Source of the DNA: Eledone cirrhosa
Lineage: Eukaryota
Length of the DNA stretch: 64,000 nt
Assembly (NCBI GenBank): GCA_964016885.1
Contig: OZ024740.1
Coordinates: forward strand, 300,328,001-300,392,000
Direction: 5' to 3'
Shown here piece by piece: positions 1-14,704 of the stretch. The position numbers and the translations under genes are program-made. Position 1 is the first letter of the stretch; each line of letters starts with the position of its first letter. The notes under the pieces were generated by a model. That model saw only the letters and a list, made by a program, of their open reading frames with translations. It did not search any database and was not told the DNA's origin.

Positions 1-1415
1 AACTAATATTTAGTGCTTTTTGTTTTCGAAAAATTTAAATCATTCCCATGGGTGGGCATTTGCGCTCCTGTGATTCAATGGTTTCAGCATATCTACTTTT
101 CAACATTATATTTATTCCGCCTTCAGTCTAGTCATCATTTCTACATGTTGATTTCCTAGATGAACGTTTAGTTTTTCACAGGTCTCCGGAATAAAAAAAA
201 AAATATTTAGATTGCTTTTTTCGTGAAACAATATTACTACGATTTTTGTCTTAAGAATCTAAAAATTGATAAATAAAAAAATCATTTTAGTCAGTTGTAT
301 AGATAGCATTTCAAATTGTTCATAATACTTTCACAATGAAAATAGAAACACAAATATATATACATATCATAAATACAATTAACTATTAATAGAAACATCA
401 CAAATACAACGCACTAAAATATACGAACAAAGCGAGAGAATAAAAACAAAAGTCATGGTTTAAATGTATATAGCTAATTTCCTTCTCTAATTATTATCCT
501 TAAAGTTTCACACATGCTCACCGGTCCAATAGTTCATCATCATCATCATCATCATAATCACCGTCACAGTCATCATCGATATCCATATCATAATTGTCCT
601 TGTCATTGCCCCCAATATCTCTCTCATGTGTAAACTTGTCTTCTCTGACGCATTGTCTTCTCTTGGGCAATAGTGACTGATAATAACTATTGCCACTACC
701 ATCAACATCATGTCCATCACCACCGCCACAAATGAGAATCAACAGTAATATCAGCATCAGTATCATGGATTTATTTAATATTTCGATTTTAAATCATATA
801 ATTTTATTCGATGTAAAATAAATGTTCTGAATAGGATTTGTGAAAAGAAGAAGAAATAGCAAACAAGATAGGAAAGAAAAAAAATAAATGAAACAAATAG
901 ATACAAAAGGAAGACATATTAGAAAACAAATCTGTCAGAATTATGAATATCTTTTTTAAGAATTACATTAAATAAAATATTTTTAAAATCCGGGCTTAAT
1001 TATGATAAATCATTTCTACATCTCTCGACAACTTCTCTTGAATAGCTAGTGATAATTTCATACAAGAGTCGTGACAATCAATTCTGTGTTTTACAGTTTC
1101 TCTTGCAATAAACTCAATAATATAAAGCTTGTTTTAAATCGATCTAATAATATTCTATCAAATACAATGTAGAGTGATACAGTATATAATTTTTTGCTCA
1201 CCATTAAAATTGAATATGTTTATTGACCACCCAATCAATCAATCACTCAATCATTCATTGGTTGGCAGAACATACATTTAATCTTCCGCTCCTACTCCGA
1301 CAGCCAGGAGAATATTTGAATGATGTTTATGAATGAGTGTTTCCACTAACTAGTTTCAAAGCTATGTTTAATATGTAGAAAAATAACTTATGAAAGAAAA
1401 GATTATACTATTTAT

Positions 1416-1760
1416 GTCTTCTTCTTCTTCTTCTTCTTCTTCTTCTTCTTCTTCTTCTTCTTCTTCTTCTTCTTCTTCTTCTTCTTCTTCTTCTTCTTCT
1501 TCTTCTTCTTCTTCTTCTTCTTCTTCTTCTTCTTCTTCCAATGGTTGCTTCTGTTATCCAATCATCATGCCCGGAGTCTACACCTGTGTCTCCCGCCGAT
1601 TGACTTTGTCCATAACGTCTGATCAGCGTTTATTTCATTAAACAATGAAACCTGATACTACTAACTAGTAATATCGGAGTTGTGATCTCTTAATTTGGAG
1701 CAAGACCATTAGATCGTCTAAATGACGGGAAATGTTTAATCTAAAAACCGTAATCGCAAC
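1416..1760 (-). mobile_element. RTE-clade LINE 3' fragment with long (GAA)n tail
   Basis: Minus-strand translation near 1690-1730 gives LDDLMVLLQIKRSQLRYY, matching the RTE C-terminal 'LLLRIERSQLRWFGH' motif. The element ends in (TCT)n at 1416-1538 on the + strand. Confidence 0.55.
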
Positions 1761-1967
1761 ACGGATTAATTTAAGGGTTTACAGCTAATTGTATCCATTT
1801 GAAAAATTATGTTGATGTATATTGACTTTTCGCATTGGCACACTAACAAATACTTAAAATGTTAAAGGTATGGATAATAAATTTATTGAGCATGATAAAA
1901 ACCTAGAAATAAAATGTACACCAATAAAATTTGAATGGCGAAAAAGCAATGCCTGCGATACATATAT

Positions 1968-2330
1968 TCATCATCATCAACATCACCATCATCATCATCA
2001 TTTAATGTCTATTTTCAACGCTAGCATTGGTTAGATGGGTTTGTCCCAATAGAGGCAAGTTGGATTGTGTGACTCTGTCTTGCTCATAAAGGACTGTTTC
2101 TAGCTAGGTTTCTACAGCTGGATGCCCTTCCTAACGCTAACCATATTTACAGTGTGTGCTGGGTGCTTTTTGTCATATCTCCTACACCACCACTTTACAG
2201 TTTTGTCTGGGTGATTTTAGTGGTGAAACATACCCGAAAATTTTACAGTGTGGGCTGGGTGCTTTTTGTCGTGATACCTACATGAACACTTTATAGTGTG
2301 GGCTGGATATTTTTGTGACACCAACATAAT
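1968..2330 (-). mobile_element. V-domain-like SINE remnant with (ATG)n tail and short internal tandem repeats
   Basis: Minus strand at about 2108-2142 reads GGTTAGCGTTAGGAAGGGCATCCAGCTGTAGAAAC, resembling the V-SINE central domain. (CAT)n lies at 1968-2001, and about 4 copies of tttacagtgtgggctgggtg follow at 2146-2310. Confidence 0.5.
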
Positions 2331-2834
2331 TTTAATGTGTAAGGGTAGTGTGGGCAGAAGTAGGTGGGTGATATAGTATTGTGGGGGTGTATTGAAAGGG
2401 TGTATAATGGATTAAGAAGTGCCTATTGGGTGTATGCATTAGTCCGTCCACAAGGGAACGCGGGCTTCTGTATAACGCCAAAGATGTCGATCCCGTGTCA
2501 TTGTCTTTGAGAGGTGCTATTATGGAAGGTCAGCTTTTATCACCTCGTCCTATGCCTTTCATCAATGTTGATCGCCCTGCACCTTTTTATACAGTTCTCG
2601 TCCTTCATTCGCATCATATAACCGTACCAACGTAATCTACTCTCCTGCCTCTTATGCCTAATTCCTCACTTAGTTCATTTACGATTTACGTGTATATTAC
2701 TATTACACATCCAATACATGCTTTATTTCATTCCAATTGGCGCACAGTGCACAGGTCCAACTAACATGTGGCATTGCTGTCCGTATACAAATATCGTACA
2801 ATCTGCCTATATAAGAAACCATTATTAGGGAAAT

Positions 2835-3015
2835 GCGGTGGATTGGCAGTATCGGTAGTGGGTCGGACGCCATGCTTTGACGCATAGAGTTACGGCCCTT
2901 GGCATTCTGAGTTCAAATCCCGCCGAGGTTAACTTTGCCTTTCATCGTTACGGGGTCGATAAAATGAAGTACCAGTAATGCACTGGATAATTGCCAAAAA
3001 GTAGAAACAATTATT
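2835..3015 (+). mobile_element. tRNA-derived SINE, family A (Meta/MESC-like core)
   Basis: A box TGGCAGTATCGG, B box GAGTTCAAATCC, core ttgcctttcatc..acggggtcgataaaat..agtaccag, tail agaaacaattatt. Flanked by the TSD attattagggaaatgc. Confidence 0.9.
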
Positions 3016-3165
3016 AGGGAAATGCCTTTATGTGACTCTGTGTGATTTTCAGTGAGTATGTGTGTATGTCAATGTGTAACCGTGTATGAGTGTGAATACT
3101 AATGTTTCTTTTTTATCTTTCCCTTAAGCCGCATACATTTTCTCTCTCTCTCTCCCTCTATCTCT

Positions 3166-3209
<44 letters not shown>

Positions 3210-5532
3210 TAACAAAAGCGCAGGGGTTATATATGCTATTCTACTTCATTTATTATTAAATAGAGAACGTGGAAATTAAATCAAATACATATAGATACTG
3301 TCTCACCAAATCCTTGTGGCTCGCGGAAAAATAAAATGTAATAATATAGGCGTTGGGTATATCATGCAAAATCAAAGTATATGCAAGGCTATATATTACA
3401 TGTCCGAGCTAACCATGAGCATATGTTATATGATTGATGCATATGTATATTATGCTTCTCTCAATTTGAATGAATTAAAAGTTCAATCTAGTAAAATATA
3501 TGAAAAATGACAATCATTTATTTTAAATACAAAAAAGAAAACACATTGTCTCATTATTGTAGTAATTGCAGGCCTCATGCCTATGTAAGAAACCATTATT
3601 GCAGTAATTAATTAAATATCTCTTAACACCAGCATTTCTGTTCATTTATCATACATTTTCGTAAAGCTATCATCAATCCATCATTCTATTTTAACGTGTA
3701 GAGTTTGTTGTTGTAGTTTCATGTAGGATTTCCCGGAATATGTCAAGAAAAATGATTTAATACACATCTTGTTAATGAGATAGTAGGTTCTGATTGAAGG
3801 GCAGTTTGAGTAGTATTTCTATCTAGGTTGTTGGTTGAGTAGTAACTCTAGATTTACATACGGATGGTAATTGGGACTCTCATATCTCCCCCGTTATCTA
3901 AAATCTTGGTTTTCATGTCGTATTAATTATATATATAGGTTAGTGTCTTTGTGCATATGAGGATAACCGACCAGGGATGTGCGGACCATATTAGGATCAG
4001 ACGGCTGTGATGCAGATGAAATGAAGCGCCCAGCCACCTGTATAATTGACACCTGAGTAATTCAGGTGTCGACCAAAGAAGAAACGACATTAATACATTC
4101 GGCCGTCCTCTGCAATACGAAAAGAAACATTTTTTCGAGGAAATAAAAAACAAATTCAGGAAGTTTCAATGTTTCCGGTTTCTACATGGATTTTATGTTG
4201 TCTGGAGATCTGAGGCTATCGATATTGTTAGACCTCAGCGAAATATGTAGAACTGGGATTTAAATAAACCTTACTCAACTGATTAAAGTCTCCTATCTTT
4301 TTAATATTATGCATATATATATGCTTGCAATTCAATGTGTGTGTGTGTGTGTGTGCCAGGATGAGATAGCGAGCGATTGCATATGCAAATATGTGCTTGT
4401 ACTTATATGAATTTATACTAGATAAGCGATGATGAAAACCGTAAATGTAGTTATGTTTATTCACATCCTATGTATTTGTAAACCTATGTGTCTCGTGCTT
4501 TGGAAAGCAGAAGCAGCTGGATGTTATTGATAACCTTCTCATGAAACTGAACTATAAGACACAAGAAACACAATTGCAAAAAAATTAATTCATTTATTCG
4601 GAGCAGATTCGTGTGTTTAAATGAATGGGCGTGATAGGAATAAATCTGAAACAATGAAATACTATAGGGAAATTATCCGTTAAATGTATTGGCGTCCTAA
4701 TAAATCCAAATTATATTTACAGACGTTCAGCATGAAGTGTCTGATTTGTATTTTCATAGCTAAGCTAGCGGATTACAGCTACAGTATTTATAATTCTGAG
4801 CCCATGTCAGTTCAGAGTGAAAGATTGCCACATCACAGTTAGTGAAGTAGTTCTAAATGAAGCTTTAAGATCTGAAAGTGTAAATAACAATTATGGTTGA
4901 GAAGAGCGATCTCGAAATAAGAACAATAGAAAATGATCTTAGAAACGATTAGAGAAAGTTATATAAGTGCTGATATCTAGGATGTCCATAAAAATATCCA
5001 TTTAATAGAAGATATAAAACCACATCATGTGTACATTTAAAAATGTGAATTTGCCTGGTTAATTATATTTTATCGACGATATGAGACAAAAAGCTCATCA
5101 AATTATTGTGATATCTTCCATTTCATTTAAGTAAGTATAGAACAATTATAACAATTTATGAGTTAACTACGACCAATGTTAGACGCGTTTATCTTCCATT
5201 TTCTATTTTCACCTGATGCTATTAGTCTACGAATTGCAAAATGAATAAATAAATAAATAGAATAAAACAATGTTCAATGAACAAGCAGTTTAACACTTGA
5301 AAGAATGGATGCCGCACTGAACCTAACGTATTAGTGTACGATACTAAACAATGATTGAATAATACACAAATTACTTCGTATTATCGCAACCATATGTTTT
5401 CCAACCGATGGACCATAGGGCAATGTAAAGATTTAAGACGATCTAGCGCTGAAATTTAAAAGAAACCTTAATATCAATGTTAAATTGTAATTGTCGTCCA
5501 TTTTATTAATATTGACTGGAAAAGTATCATTA

Positions 5533-5745
5533 AAACCACTTAAATGCAGTTGGGAAGAAGGTAGTAGCCGAGACAAAGAAAGATTTTGAAGTGTTATGAT
5601 CATTTTCGGAGAACACGGCGGACATACGAAGAGATTTAAATATACCAGTTGAGCCTGGATTTGATGTTATGGAAGATGACATCTTGCAATTGATACAAAA
5701 CGAGAAAAAAATTTCTACTGAAAAATTACCAGATTTGTCAGAGTA
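5533..5745 (+). pseudogene. Possible pogo/Tigger-like transposase C-terminal remnant
   Basis: Translation [64 protein letters not shown] resembles the Tigger C-terminal 'WKKL..DFEGF...GFDDMDEDDVEELL...LTNEEL' pattern. It has one in-frame stop. Confidence 0.4.
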
Positions 5746-5803
5746 CCTAAACACGCCTCGTACCGAGTTCTCTCTAGACTTTGGTCATTATACTTATAAT
5801 TAC

Positions 5804-5805
<2 letters not shown>

Positions 5806-5898
<93 letters not shown>

Positions 5899-5907
5899 CA
5901 CACACAC

Positions 5908-5939
<32 letters not shown>

Positions 5940-5940
5940 G
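5806..5940. repeat. (CA)n microsatellite
   Basis: Directly visible. Confidence 0.98.
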
Positions 5941-7849
5941 TATATAATATATACTAATTAAAGGCGGGAGAAATAAAGAGCTATGTAGGCATGCATATTA
6001 ACAGGTAGGTAGTGTATTTAAAATTAGCAAAAAAGAATGAACCCTAATAATAGAAAGAATAATAGTATATGGTACTGTAACAAATTACTCATAGGTTATA
6101 TGTATAGGAGATTAATGTGGAATGCTTTGCTTATATGGAAGGAATTCACATATGTTAGAATTCGTTTAAGAAAACGAATGACCCTCAGAAATTGGTTCTA
6201 CCATATCCGGTAAACTTAAGATATCTTGTTAATGTAATTTATCATCACTATGTTAGATAATATCGTTAAGAAGTGAATAATGAACAGTTCCAGCCATTCT
6301 TATTAGTAATGTGTTAGTGCCGGTCGTTGTATTGAAACTGACTAATGTGTTATATCCATTATATTAGCTATGTTATCAAACTGAAATATCATATTACTAA
6401 TGTCTAAACTTTCATAGATTCTCAACATGATTTCATCAATTCGTATTGTTTCATTAATTATAATCGATCAGTTGTGCTTTTATGTTACATCCTTCATATA
6501 TTATCTTATTGAAGGAATCGTATGGTGCACACGCCATTGAAAATAGATGTATGATAAGATTGACAATATTTTCAAGCATGAATTAAATATCATGTATAGA
6601 TCACGATTTCCGTTGTCCAAATTATCAGTGCAATGGTAATGTCTTTTGAGTTAAACCCCATATAAATGCCAATATTCTTTGATATATAGTGAATTTAAGT
6701 GATTTAGAAATATTTATTGATATGATAAAATACTTCTAAGAGGATTTCGTTTCATCTTTACTTCAATAAAATGTCAAATAACAAGATTCAATCTGCTATG
6801 CCTTTCTGAATTATAACTTTCTGGACATTAAGTACATATGATTCTAGAAATGAGCGAGGATGAAAATTGCTACTCTTATATAAAGTGTAAAAATAGAGAG
6901 GCTTGTATTTCTTAAATTGTTTCGTTTCTTATGTTTTCAAGTAATCATTACTTATAAATGGGAGGTTCAGTTTTCATTTTGAATTCGATACACGAAGTAT
7001 ATTTTTATTCTAGCATGTTGTTTCTTAATTTATATTTACATGCCAATAGTGATTCTAGAAGTTATAATTGCAAAAAAAGATCCATCGATTCGATAGACAT
7101 TACTGCATAAACATAGGATCAAGCGATTATAAATAATTATGTGAATTATTGAGTTCAAATGTGCGGCGGGATGTTTTTATAATATTATCCCCAGGAAATT
7201 ATTCTAAATTATGATGACATAATGTGAAAATCCTTGATTAATATATAGTGACTAGCATTAAGTACATACAAAATAGCGAAAAAGGTATATATCGATATTT
7301 CAAAACGCCATACATACGACCAAAGTTACTTAACTTTCAGCTAAAATGATCTTTAGGAAAACAATTAAAATGAAGGTAAAATCCTTTCCTTAGTATCGGT
7401 CATAATCTTGGTATTTGTTAATTTGGGCGGGCAGAAACTCAATCTCTTGAAAATGTGTTTTATTTTTAATTTCAATAATTATTGATTGAAATATCAATTT
7501 GCATTAACCGTTCAAAGATAATGAATTATAAATGGATATTATTATTTACATAGAAATAATAAATTGAATAATTATTACATTTTTTTAGAAATACATTTCC
7601 AAACGCCAATTTAGGCATGTACATAAATAAATATCAGAATTAATGCAATAGATTCATTATGTACACATATATCCCAAAATCACCATCAACATTGGAAGTA
7701 AAAAGCTGATGTGGCTAAGCAGAGAAAGTTAATAAATTAGATACTTAGAATTTAGATTACTATAGTGTTATTGGACTGACAATATCACTTCCCTGTAGAG
7801 AGCCTATGAATTATTACGGTTTGTTTAATATTTTCCTCTTAAGTTATTT

Positions 7850-8600
7850 AGCTATTTGCATTCTAGCCGAGAGGCTGAGGCCATGCCGAAGTATTGGCAC
7901 TTTTCTCCAATATTTTCACACCTTTCCATATTTTTGGAAGCCATGTAGAATGAACCACTGGGGGACTCTCCTTGTTTCTTGGATCAATTCCTACATTCTT
8001 TAAGTTCCTTGAACCTTATCTTTGGCTTACTCTGTTTCTCCGAGCAAGTTCCCCATGAACCATTTGCATAGGGATACGCATGTCAGACATTCGGACAATA
8101 TGACCACCCCACCGAAGCTGGATTTTCAGACTTAATGCCTGGATGGAACAAATACCAGATGTAGGTAGAACATGAAAGTCGGGAATGAATGAATTCCATT
8201 TTAATGTCAGAATATGGAGCCCAAAGTGATATTTGTAACGCGTCCAAGTTGCAGAAGTGTACATGAGAGAGGATATCAGAAAATAATTATACACAAACTT
8301 TTTTTGATACTTGATATATCTTTATGGCAAAACTCGAGAATCTAAACTAAAAACATGTTGTTGCCCATTTTATTTTCAGAGATATTTCTTAATCCAATGT
8401 TCCATCATTATCCACTGCACTCTCAATGCATATGGAGGATTCAAGAACCTTATCAAGACTAATTTTTACATATATGTAAGGTGGTGGAATAACTTCACAT
8501 GGTGCAAGTTGACGCCATATCAACATTTGTTTTACATTTATAGGCAAGCCAAAGATACAACATGGCAAATCAAATGCAGAAATCACCAATTGCAATAAAG
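7850..8600 (-). mobile_element. RTE (BovB-like) LINE 3' remnant
   Basis: ORF 8016..8294 ends in IQLRWGGHIVRMSDMRIPMQMVHGEL, a typical RTE C-terminal motif. The region is heavily degenerate. Confidence 0.75.
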
Positions 8601-8811
8601 CTGAGTATGTCTTTCAAGGTAATATTCATCGGCCTACAGTGGGTCTCTAATCGGTGAGGTGATAAGTATTGAGTACTCTGGTGCGTTATGGTCCATCTGG
8701 TTCCTTACCACACTTACTTCGTTATATATATATATATATATATATATATTTGACGAATGAGAAAAAGGAGTATTGAATACCAATATTCATTATTAAGGCA
8801 AAGTACTGAGC

Positions 8812-8859
8812 CTTGTTACATTGGAGTTTCGCCTGCTTATCGCAGGTTCATTCGACAAG
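8812..8859 (-). ncRNA. Degenerate type I hammerhead ribozyme motif
   Basis: Minus strand: CTTGT-CGAATGA-ACCTGC gataa GCAGGC-GAAAC tccaat GTA-ACAAG. Stems I and II pair, but the core is mutated from CUGAUGA. It lies between (TA)n tracts. Confidence 0.6.
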
Positions 8860-9695
8860 AATAAAATTAATAATAATAATTATATACGTATGAATATATA
8901 TATATATATATATTTGTCCATGGGTGCGTCTGTAGATGCGCCTGTGTGTTGATGTATGTGTTCTGCTTTTGACGTATCAAGATGATATTTGATATTATAA
9001 TGCTGAAACACTAACACAACTTTTGTTAGTTGCAGCGATATATTCATCACGGACTAGACTATTGAACTATTCATAGAGGTAGAAGCAAGGCTTATTATAT
9101 CTTGGACACTTCCCGTGAAATTATTCTCTAAATAGTCGCAGCTGTAGTCGTATAGGTTTGCGCTTGTATTGATCGTGGATTTTATCGATTGCGAAAATAT
9201 TTAAATAGCTTGCTTTTGTTCATTTACAAATCTTTAACATCTTTTTTCTTTCTCTGGGAAAACGGCTCCACAAATACTGATGTGGAGTTTATTCAAAAAG
9301 TCTCATTGTTTTGTGACTTAAAGAACATCAAGCGTCTATGAACACTACATTTAAATAGACATAGAAAGGCACAGATTATTGCGATCAAACAAAAACATAT
9401 ATATACCCATATATACACGCTCATAAAAATACGTTCCAATACATAAATATTGCAATATAGAATACATCTCAATCGAAAAACAAAAATCTCACGTGCTCTA
9501 GTTATACACTCTCTCTCTCACTCTCTCTCCATAATTCTCATTTCTCACTCTCAGTCAGTAAAAAATATTATATATATTTGAATATGTATGTATAGTCATT
9601 GAAAGAAAGAGGGTCGGTGAATGTATGTTAGAGTCTGTGAGAATGAGAGAGACTGTGTTCATGAATATTTATGTATATCACTATAAATCAGACTG

Positions 9696-9835
<140 letters not shown>

Positions 9836-9849
9836 TATAATATTATACT

Positions 9850-10595
9850 GAAATGACAGGAGGCTGGGCTTGTGTAAATCCTTGAAAGGTTTATTATACT
9901 ATGATCATTTCAATGACTGGGTTCCGTATGAAACCGGTGATATCATCAGGTATTCGAAATATAATAAGTGAATGTAATAGATAAAATCCATGGGGCTGAA
10001 AATTCAAAGACCCGAGGATGACCGCCATCCAGCATCTTCTACTTTTGACGCTCGCCCTCGAGTGACGTGGCTAAAGCTTACAGTGTGCTACTACCGGTCA
10101 AATAAAGGAAAACAGAAAGGGATAGGAACATAAGTCAGCGTTAATATCATGCCACAAGAAAAAAGAAAGAAAGAAAGAAAGAAGAGAGAAGAAGGGGGAA
10201 GGAAGAAGAATAGAGAAGCCAGGCTTAATGTCAGCTATAAGAAGAAAGACAGAAAGAAAGAGGAGGAAAGGTCGGTATTACAGTCAGGCCAGGAATGTCG
10301 CGAAAAACATTTTTATTCTAAGGGACCCGTATCTTAACAACTACTACCGGTCAAATATAGGCAAACAAAGAGGGGAAGGAAGATAAGTCAACGTTAATAT
10401 CATGCCACAAGGAGAAAGACAGAAAGAAGGGAGAAGAGAAGGAAGAAAAGGAAGAAGAAGAAAAGTCAGGGTTGATGGCTTCAAGAAGAAAGATAGAAAG
10501 AAAGAGGAAGAAAGGCGATATTAATGTCAGACTACAGTCAGGCCAGGAATAGGCGCGAAAAAAATATTTTCAAAGGGATCCGTGTCTTAGCAGAG
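9850..10595. mobile_element. HHR-bearing non-coding element (same family as 33273-33600) with internal 250-bp tandem duplication
   Basis: 9850-10100 is similar to 33273-33525, and 10088-10340 is repeated at 10341-10592. The element starts immediately after a long (TA)n tract. Confidence 0.75.
9896..9953 (-). ncRNA. Type I hammerhead ribozyme motif
   Basis: Minus strand: ATAC-CTGATGA-(stem II tatcaccggtttcatacggaacccagtcatt)-GAAAT GATC ATA-GTAT, with palindromic stem III ATGATCAT. A homologous copy lies at 33320. Confidence 0.75.
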
Positions 10596-10803
10596 GTAAA
10601 TATAGTGGGGGTCAGTGTGTTATAATGTGTGAGCAGAAGATTGGAACGTTACATTTTTGTTTCGACTTATAGGATGAAGTTAAACAATTTATATTTAATA
10701 TTAACATTATAAAATTAAAGAAATTAGAAAATTTAAAGTTAACCAGTTTAACATTTTTAAGGTTGCGAGGTTTAAGCAAAGAAAGAGTCTTTTATGAAGA
10801 CAC

Positions 10804-10847
<44 letters not shown>

Positions 10848-10860
10848 TGTGTGCGTGTGT

Positions 10861-10929
<69 letters not shown>

Positions 10930-10940
<11 letters not shown>

Positions 10941-11262
10941 ATAATGAAATTATTGTGTAAAGTGCTCAGGTGCACTACAACTCGTCAATATAGTACATAG
11001 AATAATACACAAATGCCAGCGAAGTACATGTTTGTATGTGTTAGCTGTAGTGTTGGCGGATCTCGGGAAGCATGGAGGCCTTAAAGGATGCAGCGTCTCG
11101 ACAGCTAACAACTGATGCAGGTAGTTTGTTCCATGCTTCAGCAACTCTGAGCGTGAAAAAATGTTTCCGAAAGTCATGGGAACTGTGCTGTTTTCTTACT
11201 TTGTGGGCATGTCCACGTGTGTTAGACACATGGAAATCGAAAAGGCACTCAGGGTTGTTGTT
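10930..11262 (-). mobile_element. CR1-clade LINE 3' end
   Basis: ORF 11041..11229, TRGHAHKVRKQHSSHDFRKHFFTLRVAEAWNKLPASVV...SFK, is the classic CR1 ORF2 C-terminus. A short (ATT)n tail follows. Confidence 0.85.
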
Positions 11263-11552
11263 GGCATATATATATATGTTTGGGTGTGTGTGTATGTATG
11301 TGTGTGCGTGTGTGAATGTGCACGTGTGTGTGTATTAGCACACTTTTTTTTCTTATATAAACGTCCATTACGTGACATGGGGCTACCCATTTTCACAATA
11401 TTGCCAAATGTTGTGGTACAATAATACATTAAACTAGTTAAACATGTACAAAATAGGTAACAACTCACTTAGTTCAAGTCACGATCAGGATGTAGTGGTG
11501 TATAGCTGGATAAGAATACACACACACACACGCACACACACATACACAGACA

Positions 11553-11597
<45 letters not shown>

Positions 11598-11680
11598 ACG
11601 TAGACATTACAATATAAGGGAAGAAACATAATAGAACCTTTGATGATGTCACAGGTGTGTGTTGAAATAACTTTGTTAGA

Positions 11681-11771
<91 letters not shown>

Positions 11772-12102
11772 TAGAGAGAGAGAGAGAATGATTAAGTATC
11801 GAGAGAGAAAAAAAAGGAAAGATAGGCGCTACATATATTTAGTTGCCAATAGTTTGTGCATATGTGCGCAATACTCGTGCCTACAGGGTTAAATATTCGA
11901 AGCGTCAATATTTAGTGGGCGTGAAAAAATAAGCAAGCGATTATAAAAGAAATTAATACAAGGAATTTAAAACCGTTAGAACATGTTTATATAACAGTGC
12001 GCCTACGTACGTTTCAACAACACTAATAACCTTAACATCCCTCTAACACCACCAAATAGTGTTGGTGGCAGCCCCGTCAGACGAAACCCACGTAACCCAG
12101 GC

Positions 12103-12615
12103 GTGACTGGAGAATATACCGGTGACCCACACGCGTTACCCACCGGCAACAGAACGGGCTGCGGCGTGCGGAGTGATAATGCGACAACACCGCACACCTC
12201 GAGATATAACAGTACCAATGACCGAGTTAGAGACATAGAAAACAACATAGGTAGCAATAGTAATAGCTTTACTTCAGGAACTAGAAGCGACCGTGACGGA
12301 AAATGCAACTGTCGATACAGGGGAGGCTGCCCTCTCAGAGGAAACTGCCTGACTGATGAGGTTATTTATAGGTGCACCGTAACTCGCCATAATGGATTTA
12401 AACACAATATAGGGGCCATCTCTGGCCAGTTTAAAACGAGATTTAGAACACATCTCCACTCTTTCAGGAACAAAAAACTAAGGCACTCCACATCACTTGC
12501 CAACTACGTGACGACATTACAAGACGCCAACATCAGCTTCTCCACACACTGGGATATTGTCGGTAGGGCTGCACCTTACAACTTCAGGAGGAAATGCCAG
12601 CTCTGCCTCATGTAG
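12103..12615 (+). pseudogene. Penelope-like GIY-YIG endonuclease domain (no RT present, premature stop)
   Basis: VIY and NIG motifs and a conserved R..H..SF. The stop at 12613 falls where the conserved E(K) would be, and homology continues to about 12690 (LINSRAESVTNCRYR). Confidence 0.85.
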
Positions 12616-13118
12616 CTGTACTACATCATAAGAACACCGCATGAGCTCATAAACAGCCGAGCGGAATCAGTCACAAATTGTAGATACCGGTTGCAGGCGT
12701 CGTATCTTGCCTGGGAAGCGACTGCGACATGAAAACTATGAACTGGGTCCCCGTGCTCTAACCATAACACCCCGGTGGGCAGGCAGTATAAACAAACATC
12801 TGTGAACCAAATGTACATCGCAACCATGCTCGAACAAGCATTAATGAAGCAACACCCACTAAATAATAAATGTACATCCCAGACTCGACCTGAACTGGTA
12901 CGAGTGAAACAACACCCATAATATAAACATGCAAAACACCATCATATGAACAGGTATAAAAAAACAAATGGGACTAGATTGTTAGAACACCGACCAGAGT
13001 TACTCCCCCTGCTGTGCGATAATAACAGCACATGCATGTAGGAGAAGAATGAACTCTGATGTTAATTTAACCGTGAAACCCCTCCTGGGTCCTGTATTGA
13101 TCATTTTTTTGTTTTCCA

Positions 13119-13159
13119 TGCCCTTCATAAGCCAATTCCGGGCGAAACGTACGTAGACG
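13119..13159 (+). ncRNA. Degenerate hammerhead motif in the Penelope pseudo-LTR
   Basis: tgccc-TTCATAA-GCC aattccg GGC-GAAAC GTAC GTA-gacg, with palindromic stem III ACGTACGT. The core is decayed. Confidence 0.5.
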
Positions 13160-13459
13160 AACTATTATATAAACATGTTCTAACGGTTTTAAACTCCTTG
13201 TATTCATTTCTTTTATATATATATATATTTATATATATTTTCCTAATTGATGGTCAATCAATGAGAAACATTAATTGACAGATAAATTAACTATGGAGAT
13301 ATAAAATATACAGAAGCGAAAACCAATACAAACATAAAAGAGAGTGTGTTTTATCATTATTTCTGACAATATCATAACAACAAGACCCTCCCCAAATATA
13401 ACAATATCTATATATTTCTATCTCTCTGTCTATATATATATATATATATCACCTTGATC

Positions 13460-13678
13460 ACCTTGACCGACCAGTTTGTTGGGCGCCAATCGGCGCCGCT
13501 GGTCACAGCACGTCGTGCTGTTTTAGCCATAAGATAACGCCATAATACTGGCTGGGCGGGAAGGTACTCATTTCTACAGGTGAGTAAACCAGAGTAACGT
13601 GAAATAAAGTGTTGTGCTGCTCAAGGAAACAACATATCACCCGGTCCGAGAATTGAACTAACAACCTTTTGATTGCAA
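13460..13678 (-). mobile_element. tRNA-derived SINE, family B
   Basis: The minus strand has B box AGTTCAATTCTCGGACCGGG then ccttgagcag..actttatttcacgtt. It is homologous, in inverted orientation, to 13823-13940 and 16813-16925. Confidence 0.7.
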
Positions 13679-13682
13679 TATA

Positions 13683-13940
<258 letters not shown>

Positions 13941-14091
13941 TAATCTGTTATTTTAATATATATATATATATGAGTTGAAAAAAATGAAAACGAAAAACGA
14001 AATTTCATTTCTCACTCTTAGTATGGCACTTACTTAAATGTAAGTATGTATGTATACGTACATACATATATGTATACAGACGTACAGTAGC

Positions 14092-14163
<72 letters not shown>

Positions 14164-14313
14164 GCAGGTACACATACATATATGCACGCATCAGTTTAGC
14201 AGACGCTTATTATAGCGCTGCTTTGTTCGTTTGTCAACAAACTGAACAGCCTGCATTTATGCCATACGGTGTTAAGGTAACCACGTCACCTTTTTATTCA
14301 ACACTGACACAGG

Positions 14314-14358
14314 AACGATGTACGAGTTTCAATCTTGTTAGCTATCATCAGCACCGTT
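14314..14358 (-). ncRNA. Type I hammerhead motif, array unit 1 (the same variant is at 14855-14899 and 15378-15422)
   Basis: AACGGTG-CTGATGA-TAGCT aaca AGATT-GAAAC TC GTA-CATCGTT. It has one mismatch in stem II and a non-palindromic stem III loop. Confidence 0.8.
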
Positions 14359-14598
14359 TACCCATCTGCCAGATAGTTGAACGTTCGAAAGTATATACTT
14401 TCCTCATGAAAATTAACGGCTGAGCAGCCTAATTTGCATATTGAGTGAGTTAAATCGGTCAGGCATACCGAAAACGATAAGTTGAAAAAAATGAAAACGA
14501 AAAACGAAATTTCATTTCTCACTCTTAGTATGGCACTTACTTAAATGTAAGTATGTATGTATACGTACATACATATATGTATACAGACGTACAGTAGC

Positions 14599-14704
<106 letters not shown>

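Larger units (their letters stand above)
11942..13217 (+). mobile_element. 5'-truncated Penelope-like element (Cys-rich linker + GIY-YIG endonuclease, Neptune-like) with ~74-bp inverted ends
   Basis: ORF 12103..12615 contains CNCR..CPLRGNCLTDEVIYRCTV...NIG...FKTRFRTHLHSFR...TSLANYV...WDIV...CQLC. 11942-12015 is the reverse complement of 13144-13217. Confidence 0.9.

Noticed and set aside
5990-6900. Possible decayed Penelope RT/EN on the minus strand
   Set aside because: Only vague motif echoes with many stops, which cannot be supported without a search.
14432-14439. Octamer motif ATTTGCAT in array units 1-3
   Set aside because: A single 8-mer in AT-rich DNA, with no accompanying promoter evidence.
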